Part shown: positions 1-12,300 of the stretch, piece after piece | Layout of the letters: each line of letters starts with the position of its first letter | Numbering within the stretch: position 1 is the first letter of the stretch | DNA from: a virus | Reading direction: 5' to 3' (one strand) | IMG/VR virus record: IMGVR_UViG_3300032215_000682 | Coordinates: 32,001-96,000 of that record | Length of the DNA stretch: 64,000 bases | Translations under genes and position numbers: made by a program | Notes under the pieces: model-generated | What the model saw: only the letters and a program-made list of their open reading frames with translations | Databases searched by the model: none | What the model was told of the DNA's origin: nothing

Positions 1-330
1 TTTTCCTAGTCCTATTTCTTTAGAAAATTCAGATATGCTAACTTCTTGTTTTTTAGAAATGTCTTTAGAAATAGAATTATTATTCAATTTATTAAACTCT
101 TCAGAATTAAATACAGCTTTTCCATCTTTTTCTGAAATTAAAGTATTAACATTTTTATTCTTAGACACAGCTTTATCTGTAAGCCATTTAACAGCATCAT
201 TAAAATCTATTGTATTAAGAATTGTAGTATTTTCATTAATAATTTCATGAGCTTTTAAGAAATTCTTTGTAGAATTTAAAGCATCATCTTTAATGAAAAC
301 ATATTTTTTATCACATTTTGGATTGAACAT
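1..330 (-). CDS. 5' part of a probable further large virion cargo protein (runs off the window)
   Basis: ATG at 330 lies 18 nt after the RNAP stop. The frame is open to position 1 (MFNPKCDKKYVFIKDDALNSTKNFLKAHE...). It is missing from the ORF track because it is truncated. Confidence 0.7.
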   Translation of the reverse strand, partial: MFNPKCDKKYVFIKDDALNSTKNFLKAHEIINENTTILNTIDFNDAVKWLTDKAVSKNKNVNTLISEKDGKAVFNSEEFNKLNNNSISKDISKKQEVSISEFSKEIGLGK

Positions 331-348
331 TATTTATTATTTTTTGGT

Positions 349-3300
349 TTAAAAAGGAACAACACATCCAGGATTTTCTTCCTCTTCTATATTTTCATTA
401 GTTTTCTCTTCTGGAAGAATATCTTCATTATTAGAAATATTTTCTTGGTCTATGTCATCTTCTATTTCTAAATTAGGAATTTTTGTTTTATCATTATCAT
501 ATTTACTATTTAATTCTTCAATTTTTACATCACTATCTTCAACTTTAAGAGAAGATATTACAATGGCAATATTTTTAGGTCTTGTTAAAGCTGTATAAAT
601 ACTTTCAGATTTTTCTTTATTGGAAATAGGCCCAACAGACATAATATCTTTTTCATCCACTACCACTATATCATAAGTACTACCTTGTGATTTGTGAGAA
701 GTGATGGCATATCCATAATCTATTTTAGCATATTTGTTTTTAAATCCCCAAGCTTCTTCTAAAGCATTTCTATATTCAGGAGAACCTTTTAAAGCAAAAG
801 CTCTTTTAAACTTCTGAGAAACTAATTCTGCATATTTTTCTTTATCTTTTGACATTATAACATCTATTTCTCTAGGTACATCTTCTAATAATATTATAGC
901 AGAAACATAAGAAAGGTCATATCCATCTCTTTTAGGTAAAGATACAGTACTTATTTGACTCTCAAAAGAATTTTCTATATCTCCATAAGCGTCATTAAAA
1001 ATTATAAGTTCATTAGGATTGTATTCAGGACTATTTACACCAAATATAGAATCATGAACAAATTTATTAATACTTTGTCTAGTATTATTTTTATATGTCA
1101 CTACTTTAATGTGATTTGGATTATTAGTGTTTATAGCTTCTTTAAAACTCTCTAAAACATCTTGTTTAATATCATTAAAACTATTAGTGAAGATTAAAGC
1201 TCCTTTATCAGAGATAATATTTTTTCTTTCTTTTGCAGGATTTTCATCTGGAGTGTTTTTTTGAGAATTTTCCCAAAAATGGTCTGCAAATGGAAGTATT
1301 GGAGAATCTTCTCCCTGTCTTACTCTTTCTAATAATTTACTCTTATTTTTCCCTTCAAAAACAGGAGACTTTTTACTAAGAAGTTCTTTTTTATCTTTAT
1401 AATAAGAATTTTCAACAGTTCTTATTGGAGGAAGTTGACCCACATCTCCTAAAAATATCACTTTACTATTCTTAGATTTTTTTTCAAATATAAGTTCCAT
1501 AGCTTGTTCATTAATCATAGAAGCTTCATCTATAATAATAATATCAGCATTTTCAATAGGAACAGATTTTCCTTTCTGAGGAGCTTCAAATATTCCATTT
1601 TCTAAATTCATAGATTGTCCTAATAAAGAAGCAATACTTTCAAATCTAGCAAATATTTTACTTTTTCTAAATTTTTCCCTAATAACAGATTTAGCTTTAT
1701 GAGAAAGAGCTGCTACATATGTTGCACTATTAGGAAATTCTCTCACTATTTGTTCAGCTATTGTAGTTTTACCTGTACCTGCTTTTCCTTCAATGACATA
1801 ATATTCTTTAGGATTTCCATTTTTAATAAAATCAATTGCTCCTTTTACAGCTATTTCTTGCTCTGGATTTAATTTTACATTATTAACAGGAGTAGCATTC
1901 TTAGTTTCTTCTATATATTTCTGTTCTTGAGATTTAATTTCTATTTTAACAGGAGTTTTAAGTCTATAAGCTTCATCAGGATAAGTGTGTACAGTAATCT
2001 TCTTACCATCTTGTGTTACAGTTTTAATAAGTCCCAACCCTCTTTTCACTTTAGGTTTGATTATCTGAGCATTATTAGGAACAAAATACTTATCATACCA
2101 TTCTTCTAAAGCTCCATTATTTTCAACAATTTCTTTCATTAATGGTAACACTTTCTCTATTTCATTAGAAATCTGTTCTGTAGGAAGAAGGTTAGTCATA
2201 TATAAAGGACTCTTTTGTAGTCCAGATTGTATAAAAGCAAATGATATGTAGTCTTTAAAGAATTCTCTTACCTCTAAATTATCATCAAGTAGTCCTTTTT
2301 TAATTTCATCAATAGCAAGATTGACATCATTAGTTTCTCTAATTTCTGATTTAAGTTTTAGATTTACAATATCTTTTCTTAATGTTGATGTATTTCCTAC
2401 AAGATTTTTTAAAATAGAATATTTTTTAATTAATTCTGGTTGATCCTTTAATAGAGTGTTAAGTCTATTTATCATCTCCCCATTAAATTGTGGTCTAATA
2501 GTTTGAAAACTATTACCAAAAGCATTATAAGCATATCCTATTAAATCATTCTTAAATCTGGATTCAAACACTTCTTTATTTCCAAAAGAAGCATCATTAA
2601 TTTTAGACAATAGAAATTCATTCACTTGAGGAAGTTCTACAAGTTTAAAAAACTTTGTAAAATTCTTCTTAACAAAATCATTCATATCTAACATAGAAAT
2701 AACAGAATCTTTTTTAATAGCTTCTATTCCTTCTTTATTAAATATATTTTTAGATAGCACTTGTTGATATAATTCTTCTTTTTCAAAAGCTGCAAACACA
2801 CTACTTAAATTAGCTGTATCAAAATCTAAAGCACTTGTTAATTCTCTCAATCCTTGTGCTTGTTGCTCAAGTTCTATATAATGTTCTAAATAAGCTCTTT
2901 GTGTCTTATTACTACTTTTAGAAATGTTTTCTTTTAATGTTTCTTCATTGTATATATCAGAAGATTGTACAATAGCTTCTTTAACAGGAAATTTAGCTTG
3001 TAATATTTCTTTAATTTTTTTGTCAGTAAAATTATTATTTTGATATAAGCTATTTAACAATTTACCCATTTGAAAATTCTTTAACTTCTTTAAAGCTAAA
3101 TATTCTCTAATAATAGACTGATTTACTAAATAAATAGCCTCTCTAATAGGAACACCTGCATGATTTAAATATAGCAATGTTGGTGTAGCTTCAAATGTAG
3201 CACCTAAATCAAACACCCAAGCATCTTTAGCAACATCCACAAAACCATTCATAAATTGTGAAATGATTTCAGATATTTTATATTCTCCATTAGCATCATA

Positions 3301-6300
3301 TTCTTTAGCTAGAGATATATTTTTATATGGGCCATTTTGTATAAAATTATGTTTTAATAATATTTTATTTTCTACTCTTCCATCTGCATATTTAAAAAAA
3401 TTATTTAAAAACACATTATGTTGTTTAAAAAGTTGACTAAATGTATTATTCTTAGCAGCTATTCCTAATGATTTTTTACCCACTAAATTAGCTTCAAATT
3501 GATTAATTTGTGTACTATAATCAAATAATGTAGAATAACCCACTTTTTCTCCTCTTCCTACAATTTTTTTTATTTCATCAGCTAATGGTTTTAGGACAGA
3601 TGTACTATTAGGAGTGATTAAAGATTCAAACATTTCAGGTTGCTCCAAACTTTCTGAAAGCAAACTTATCATTTCATTTTGAAGAATAGATTTTTTATTA
3701 GTACTTGGTAAATCTTTTGTATATTCTTCAATTCCTTTGTCTAACACTTGTTTTAAAGCTGTTATTTTAACATGTATTGCATCACTTTTATCTCTAATGC
3801 TGCTAAAATGTTCATAAAGTTCTATAATATATTTTTCTATTTGCTCATCTCTTTCTTTTTTATTTTCAGCAGACTCTAATATATCTCTTACATCTTGTCT
3901 AACAAATCCAGGAAAACTTTCCAACACTCTATCATTTATTTTTTCACCAGAGCTTTTTTTATTAAATCTTGGTAATTTTCCATCCTCTTTAAAATTAGGA
4001 ATGTACATTGACACTTTATCAATATCAAAGTCAGATCCTGCAATTGCTGTAATTTCGCTAGGAAAAACAATTAAAGAACCTGTAGAAGCTGGAAGAAATT
4101 CTTGAACAATACAATTAAGCATAGAGTTAGCTCCTTGTACAGGAATCCTAACACCCACCATTGTTAATTCAGCTTCATGTTCTTTCACCCATTCTTCATC
4201 TTTTAATAGTTGATTTAAAGCTATTAAAGCTTTTCCTTCATCTATCTCATCAACTAACTTTAATAAAGGTTTAAATTTATTAATGCTCACCTTCACTTGC
4301 ATTTTAGAGACATATTTCTCTCCATTTTCTCTTTCTTTTATTTCATAAAGCTTTAATGTACTATCTTTGTCCCATCCTGTAAATGCTGTTTGAACAAAAT
4401 TATCACCATTAAGTTTATTTTTTATCAGCCTATTATTTACAATAGAAAGAAGAATATTAGTGATTTGTTGTCTAGCTAATGATGAATCAAGAGAATACAC
4501 TAAATTACCTTCATTGTCTGTTCTAATGAAGTCTTGTATATTATCAGGAACATCTTTAGTTTTAAATTCTTTTTGTAATAAAGAAGCAAGAGCTTTAAAA
4601 TTAATTGGCTCATTTTCACCTCTTATTCCAAGTTCTTTTCTTACTTTTTTAAGTTCTATATCAACTAATTGTTGTCTAGCAGCATTATATTTAGCAGAAA
4701 TAGCACCAATCTTTTCAGAAATAGGCTTACCTTCAGCAAACATATCTACATTAAACAATTTATTAAACTGTGTAGCAAATATAATATTAGGTTTCACTTT
4801 AGGCTCAATATACACTTGCTCTTTAAGATAGTGAAAATACTTATCATTTGTTAAATATGGCACTTCTCTATTCTCAAAATTCTCATATTCTCCATTATTT
4901 TGTAAAGCAGCTTTTTTACTACCACTTTCAAATATTCCATATCCTATATTTTCTTTAACAAGTTTATCATTAAATCCTTCTAATGGTTTACCTTTAATAG
5001 CTGTAGGTATCATAGGAATAAGAGCAAATTTATCAAATGCATCTATTCTCATCTCTTGTCCAAAATGTTGCTCTGTATTAGCTATTGTGCCTGAATACTG
5101 AGCCTTAATAGGAACAAAGTAATACAATTCATCATTAGATAGTTCAATGCCCTTAGCAGCCTTTATATAAGCTTTTTCAGCAAGGTCATTCCATTGTCCA
5201 ATTATAATTTTAAAATTTCTATAAAAGTCTAATGTACACAAACCAAGAGCATCTGTTTCATTTACTTCTTTAAAAGCTTTTAATGTATTGAATATATTAA
5301 ATGGAGCATCTTTGAGAGCTTCTTTAGCTTCATCTATGTCCATATTAATTAATTCTTCAGCATTCAATTCTTTTCCAGAATTTTTAATAACAGTGTTTAA
5401 ATAATCTTTTAAATAATTAGAAATTATCTCTCTGTCTTTTAATACAACAGACTTATAGAATTCTTCTACTTGTGATTTTTTATTAAACAAATGTTGTTCT
5501 TGCTCTCTGCCTGTAGCATTTAAATAATATTTAATAATAGGAGACATTACACTAAAATCTCCTGTAGCAGAATCAGCACTAAGCCTTTTATGTACATCTT
5601 CTGGAGATTTAAATTGTGTTACATCACCATTTATAAACATCATTTGTTCATAATTGTAAATATAATTACTTACAACAAAAGCATTAAGAGCATCTGAATA
5701 AGAAAGTCCTTTAGTATCTTTAATACCTATTTCATCAGAAAGGAAATTTCCTTTATTTGTAATTCCTTGTCTAATTTTATCCTTTAATACTTCCACCCTA
5801 TCTTTAAAGAATTTTTCTAAATAAAGCTTAATATCAATATCTTTAAATATATCATCAACATTATTATTAATATTTTCTAATATTTGTTGTTTAATTTCTT
5901 CAGGAAGAATATCTGTAAACATTCTAAATCCATTTCCTGTTTTGTCATATTTAGCAATAGTTATTCCTTTTTCTTCTTTAGCTTTTAAATATATTTTATT
6001 ATACCTTTGAATTTCAAGAATTGTGCCTTTTAAATAATCTTCAAATATATATTGAACAGGAGAAGGTATTAATTCACCATCAAATTCACTAATAGCAACA
6101 GGGTAATTACTGTTAGTGGTGTTATACTTAATTTGTGTACCAAAAGCACTTCCTTTATCACCATATCTCATATGCTCTACAATATTATTTGCAAAGAATG
6201 AGTTTATGTCATAGAATATTTTATCTACACTAAATAAGTCTGTAGTTTTATTACCAACAGTGTCTCTATCAGTTTTAGTTTTAAATCCTCCAATATCTAT

Positions 6301-9300
6301 TAATTCAATTTCAGAATTTCTTCTTTTTCCAAATTCTTCACCTTTTATAATAGAACCATCTTCATTTCTTATTTGAAACAAGGAATTCATCCAAAGTGTA
6401 TAATATAATGTAGGAGAAGCTTCAACAGAATACTCTGGAAAAACTTTAATAAAATCATCTAAATGAGGATATTTTTCTTTATTATTAATTTCAGCATATA
6501 TAAGGCTAGTTTTACTAAATTGAGAATATTGTGATTTCATATCTCCACTAGGAAGCATAGCCATATCTTCTTGCCATTCATTTGTAGCATCTACTTCTAT
6601 TTGTAATAAAGCATCAATATTTGTAGCTTCTGATTTATATTTAAATTCTTTAATTACACTAGCTACACCACTAATATCTTTAATAGGAGATGTTATTTTT
6701 TCACCATAGCTATTAAGATGGTTCATTCCATTGAATATTTGATTCAATGTATCTCTATTATCTGTAATTAAATCATTAAAAGCTTTAGAATTAATTGTAA
6801 CATCACTAAGATCTATACCTAAAGATTTAATAAAAGCAATTCTTGTAGCCTTATCTTTCTTTAAATATGTAACACCATCTTTAACAACACCAAAATCTTT
6901 ATTAACAGAAGCAACATCAAGAACATTTTCTCCAATATTATTTTTAATTATATAAGAAGATTCTTCTATTGTTTTAAAATTAGCTGTATAATATGCTCCT
7001 AATTTATCAATAGCTTTTGTAGCAGATTTAGTGTTATAAAACCCAAACCCTCCTTTAGTGACATCATATACACCTTCATATAAATCAATTTTAGGTTTAG
7101 AAAAAGCTTGTATAAAGGATTGTAAAAGGCTTATTTGTTTAATATTAAAATCTGGATAATTTTCTAATTTAGGAAGTCTTTGTGTGCCATCTTTATCATT
7201 ATTAACCAATTGCTTATACTCTGGATATGTATTTCCAAGTTTAACAATAACATCATACATTTCAACAGGATCTGTTATTCCTTGTGTTTGAGATTGTAGT
7301 CTATACCATGTAGTGCTTAATGGAAGAAGCTTTGGAAATCCAAATTCATTTAATTCTCCTCTACTAAGAGTACTCATTAAAAATACAATTTGCTTAGAAG
7401 CTTGTTTAATTGCTGATTTTTTATTCTTTTCAGCCCATTCTACAGCACCATCTCTTGAAGTTATTTCTTCTTCATCTATTTCTTCCTCTGTTTTAATACC
7501 ACTAAATATTGATGAATTCTCAATATAAGTTTTCTCAAACCCAAGCTTACCATTAAAATTATCATATAGAAATTGTAATTTATCTTGTTGTTCTTGAGGA
7601 AGTGTTTTTGATTCTAGTTTTTCTTGAATGCTAAGCCTAGCTATTTCATATAAACCATCAAAGTTTTTCTTTTTATCTTTCTCATCTGCTGTAAATAAAA
7701 CAAACATCTTACCCCTTCTTTCTAAACCAGAAGTTATAATAGAATCAATTGTGTTAATATAATTATTTACATCTACACTACCTATAATAGTACCATCTTC
7801 AGCAGTGTAAGCTTTATTAAGCTTTCCAAATAATGCATTATCTAATGAAGGAACATTATTAAAATTTCCTTTATATAATTGTTTATAAACATTCTTAATA
7901 GCATCAGGACTTATTAATTCCTTAATGAAATTCCACATTTTTTGAAATATTGTCTGCTTAGACAAATCTTTATCAAAATACATTGTTCCATTAGAATCAG
8001 CATATTCCTCAAAATTATCACCTAGCACTTCCTCAGCTTCTCTATTTGTTAATTGAGAATATGATTTAGAAACTAAATTTCCAGATTCATTAATAACATC
8101 TACAACACCAGATTTCTTTCTTAATTCATTATATAAATTAGTTTTTTGTCTTTTTGTTAAGAATAATTGTGAAAATCCATGATAGGCTTCATGATATAAC
8201 ATTCTTGGTGTAGCAGTGTTATATAATGTAACAACATTATTAAAGAATGTTGCATGAGCACCGCTATTAACAATATTGATAAAGTGATTTAAATCAATGT
8301 ATTTAGAAAGAGGAGAATTACTCCACCAATTTTTTACATCATTCCATTCTGTTTTAGAAAATTTAGATTCTAGTTTTCTATCTTTATTTAAAGTATCAAA
8401 TATATCATCTATACTTTTCTCAGGTTTTTGTTTAATTTCTTGCTTAACCTCTTGTTTTGTTTCAGGAACAATGTTTGAATTATCCAACATCATGTAAGTG
8501 CCTGGAAAAGCTTGTACACCATTTTCAGCAAGTGTGTTAGAATCTTTATTATCATTTACATCCTGATAAATTTCTGTATTATCTATTATGAATTTCTCAT
8601 AATTTGCAGGTGTAAAACTAAGCTTTCCCTCTGTAAATATAGGAATATTAAAATTCTCAATATTTTCAGGAGATTTTATATTTAATTTCTTTTGTCCTAA
8701 AGCATGTTCTAAAGCTGTTTTAAATGCTTCAGAATTATTTTCAGAGATATTAAAATAATAAAAATCACCAACAGCTTTTACATTTTCTATATTAGAAACA
8801 GAATATCCATCAAAAAAACTTTTATTAATTTTAAAAGCTTCTCCATTTTTATTCTTAATTAGATTAATAGAAGCATCATCAAAATATACATATCTATCTA
8901 AATAAGCTTTTCTAGCTTCAAATGTATTTAATGTTTTACTAACATTATTTTCTGTTCCTATTTTAATAAGAGCATCAATAAAGCCTTGCAATTGAACATT
9001 AGCTAAATAAGGTCTTGAAATAGGGAAATTAAATCCATATTTACTATCTGTTAAATAAGATTGTCCTTCAACTCTATCAACAGAAGGTGTTGTACTAACA
9101 AATAATTTTAAATCAGGAAGTGTGTATTCAGCTTGTTCTAATTTTCCATTTAAATTTTTAATAAATGATGATGTAGAAATAGGCTCTGTTACAAACTTTG
9201 TAACAATTCCCATCCCCATTCTTTGAATACTAATAAGAGAAATAGGTGGATTTTTTCTCAAAGCCTCTAAATCTTCTAATGACTGTCTATATGTTGCAGC

Positions 9301-12300
9301 ATCTTCTTCTTTTTCATCAATATCTTTTCTTTTAAAACCTATTGTATTAGTTTTTTTATCATACACTTCTGTAGCAGATCCTGTTATTTTACCATTAGTA
9401 TCTTTATAAATTGTAGGAACATTGTGTATAGAGGGAATTCCTCCTTCTATAACAACATTTCCTTTTTCATTAAAATAAACAATTTGACCAGCATTATCTA
9501 CTAGAACAAGTTTAACATGAGTGTTTTTTTCTTCAATAGCATCTATTTCTTCTTTAGTTTTTGTATCATAACCATTTTCTTTCCAATAGTTATAATCATT
9601 TTCAAATAAGTCTTTAATAGCTTCAAGTCCTCCTAATCTTTCAATTAATTGAGAAGGTCTAAGCACTAACACTTTAAAATCATTAATAGTTTCTTTATTA
9701 ATTATCTGTTTTAAGCTATTCTGAGCTGTTTTAAATGCTTTGTCAACTGTTGTAGTGCCTTTTAGAAACAAATTGCCTACAGAGGTTCCTATGCTATGTA
9801 AAACAGAAGCAGGTACAGGTGGTGGTAATACTTTTTCAACATCATCAATATCAACATCAATTTCATTAGGAATATTTTCTGAATGTAATTCATTTATTCC
9901 TTTTTGTATTTCTATGTCATTATTTATTAATTCTTCAGCACTTACATCACCTTCTTCAGCTTTTGTATTAATATCTTCTATTTCTTTTTGAGAATACACT
10001 TTTTTAAATGGAGAAAGTTCTTTTACAGGTATATTATTTAATACATGTTCACCATCTACTAATGTTACAACATTATCAACAGGAAGAGAACCTAATTTAT
10101 AAGCATTTCCTTTATATTGAACATCATCATTTACTTTTAAGTTTTTAACAAACTCTTCTTTATTAATATTTCCTTCTAAAGGAATATCACTTCTTGATTC
10201 AATATTTTTAATAGCAGCTTCAATTTGAGCTTTTTGATGATCTTCTAATACTACACCAGATTCTCTTATTCTTTTTTCAAAATCTTCTAAAACTTGAATA
10301 GCATTGTCTTCCTTTTCTTGAGGTGTTCCTTCTTTAGCATAAATAGCCTCAGCTTGTTTAATAGCTTCATCAATATTTAAAGCAGCTTTTTTCTCTTGTT
10401 CTATTTCTAATTTTCTATTTTCTAATTTAGTTTTGATTTCATCTAAATTTTTTAAATACTCTTTAGAAATATTAGGAATATTACCTTCAGATTTTATAGC
10501 ATTTAATCCCTTGTCAAGTTCTGATGGGTCATTTATCTTTTTAATATTTGCATCAGAATATTCTTTATTAAATACTTCTAATGAAGATTTTGTATAATCA
10601 TTAGGAATTGTTTCTTCTTGAGCTTTTGCTATAGTTTCTTCAGAAGTGGGTATATTAGCAGCTTCTTCTTGATATTCTGCTTGTTTTTCTTCATTTTTAG
10701 TTAATAGAACAGCTTCACCAAGATTTTCTCTCTTGATTTCATTTTGAAATATCTCAAATTTTCTAGACTCTTTAACAGAATCAGAAAGATGTGGCATACT
10801 ATCTATTAAAGTATTCCAAGATTCATTTCTATCAAATATTTCTTTATATACATCCACTAATTTATTTCTTCTATCAGCTTCTTCTTTAGTTATAAAACCT
10901 TTTTCCACCATATCATCTATATTACTTTTATAAATGCTAGGAGACATTCCCACTCTATATTGACTATATTGAAGTTGTGTATTATTATTTTTCATTCCTA
11001 ATACACCTTCTAATGTAGATTGTGGAAGCATTGTTGCTATAGTTTGTAAAGCTGTATTAACAATGTTTTCTAATGTAAGAGGATCTGTATTTTGATAATC
11101 TTTTTTATAATTAGCTTGAGCATATTTAGTAGCAAAATGATTCATAAAAAGTCCCATTTCTTCTTCTAAAGTTTCTGCACCACTAGTTTTTAGAAATCCT
11201 TTTGCAAATTGTTTAAGAGCATCTCTATCTGTTTTATATAAAAATTTATATAATAGTGGAGCTGCTTCCTTACTTGTAATACTTTCTAATGTTCTTTCAA
11301 TAGCTTTTCTAAATACAGCATCATCTGTAAGTTTTATCAAATCATGTATCTCACCACCAGCAATAGCTAATTTAGTGTTTACTAAAGCATCTACACCTAT
11401 TCTTTCTGTAAGTCCTTCTATACCAGCTCTAACAGCTCCAAGCTTTGTAGATTGATTTAATGTAAGTCCTTTATCAAGTTCTTGTTTAATCATTTCAGGC
11501 CCAAATAAATATACAGAAGGAAGTATAAATCCTGTTGTTGTTCCTATAGCATATTTTGTAGCTTGTAATGTTCCAAGTTCTGCATATTGTGCAGCTTTAA
11601 CAAAAGCATTTGTACCTTCTTTAGCTAATAAACCTTCTTGATATTTTATTGTATTTCCTAATAAAGCTTCTTCAAGTCCTTCTCCTGCAAGTCCTGGTGT
11701 ACCTATTAACACCATATCAAGTCCTACATTACCTATTTGATATAACCAACCAGCAACATCTACTTTAGGCATCAATGTTCCAGCTTTCCATTTAACAGAT
11801 TCTAATTGAGAAAGATTAACTTTCTGACCATTTCTAGTAGTTTGGAGTTCTTGTGTATCTTCACCAGTATTCCATAATGATAATAATGCAGCTTCTTTAT
11901 AAGATGCTTTTCTACCATCATTTAATGTAATAGTGCCATCTTTACTAAAATCTGTAAAACCATTTGTTGCAGCAGCATAAGCTCCCCAAAATCCTGAATC
12001 TTTTTTTAGCATTAAAGCTTTACCTCCTAATAAAGAAAGAGCACCAAGTCCCACTTTACTAGCCCAATTAGAGTTTTCCCACATATTATTTAAATAATCT
12101 TGATGGGCTTCATAATGTGTTAAATCAGGAATTTCTTTTTTAATAACATCATCTACTCTTTTTATATATTTATTTTCTTCTTCAATTTTACTTTGAAGAT
12201 TTATTTTCATTTTAGTAAGGTCTGCATATTGTTGTTTACCTTCATCAGATAATTTGTTTACAGGATCTTTTAATAAAACATCAAACTGTTTTAATTGTTT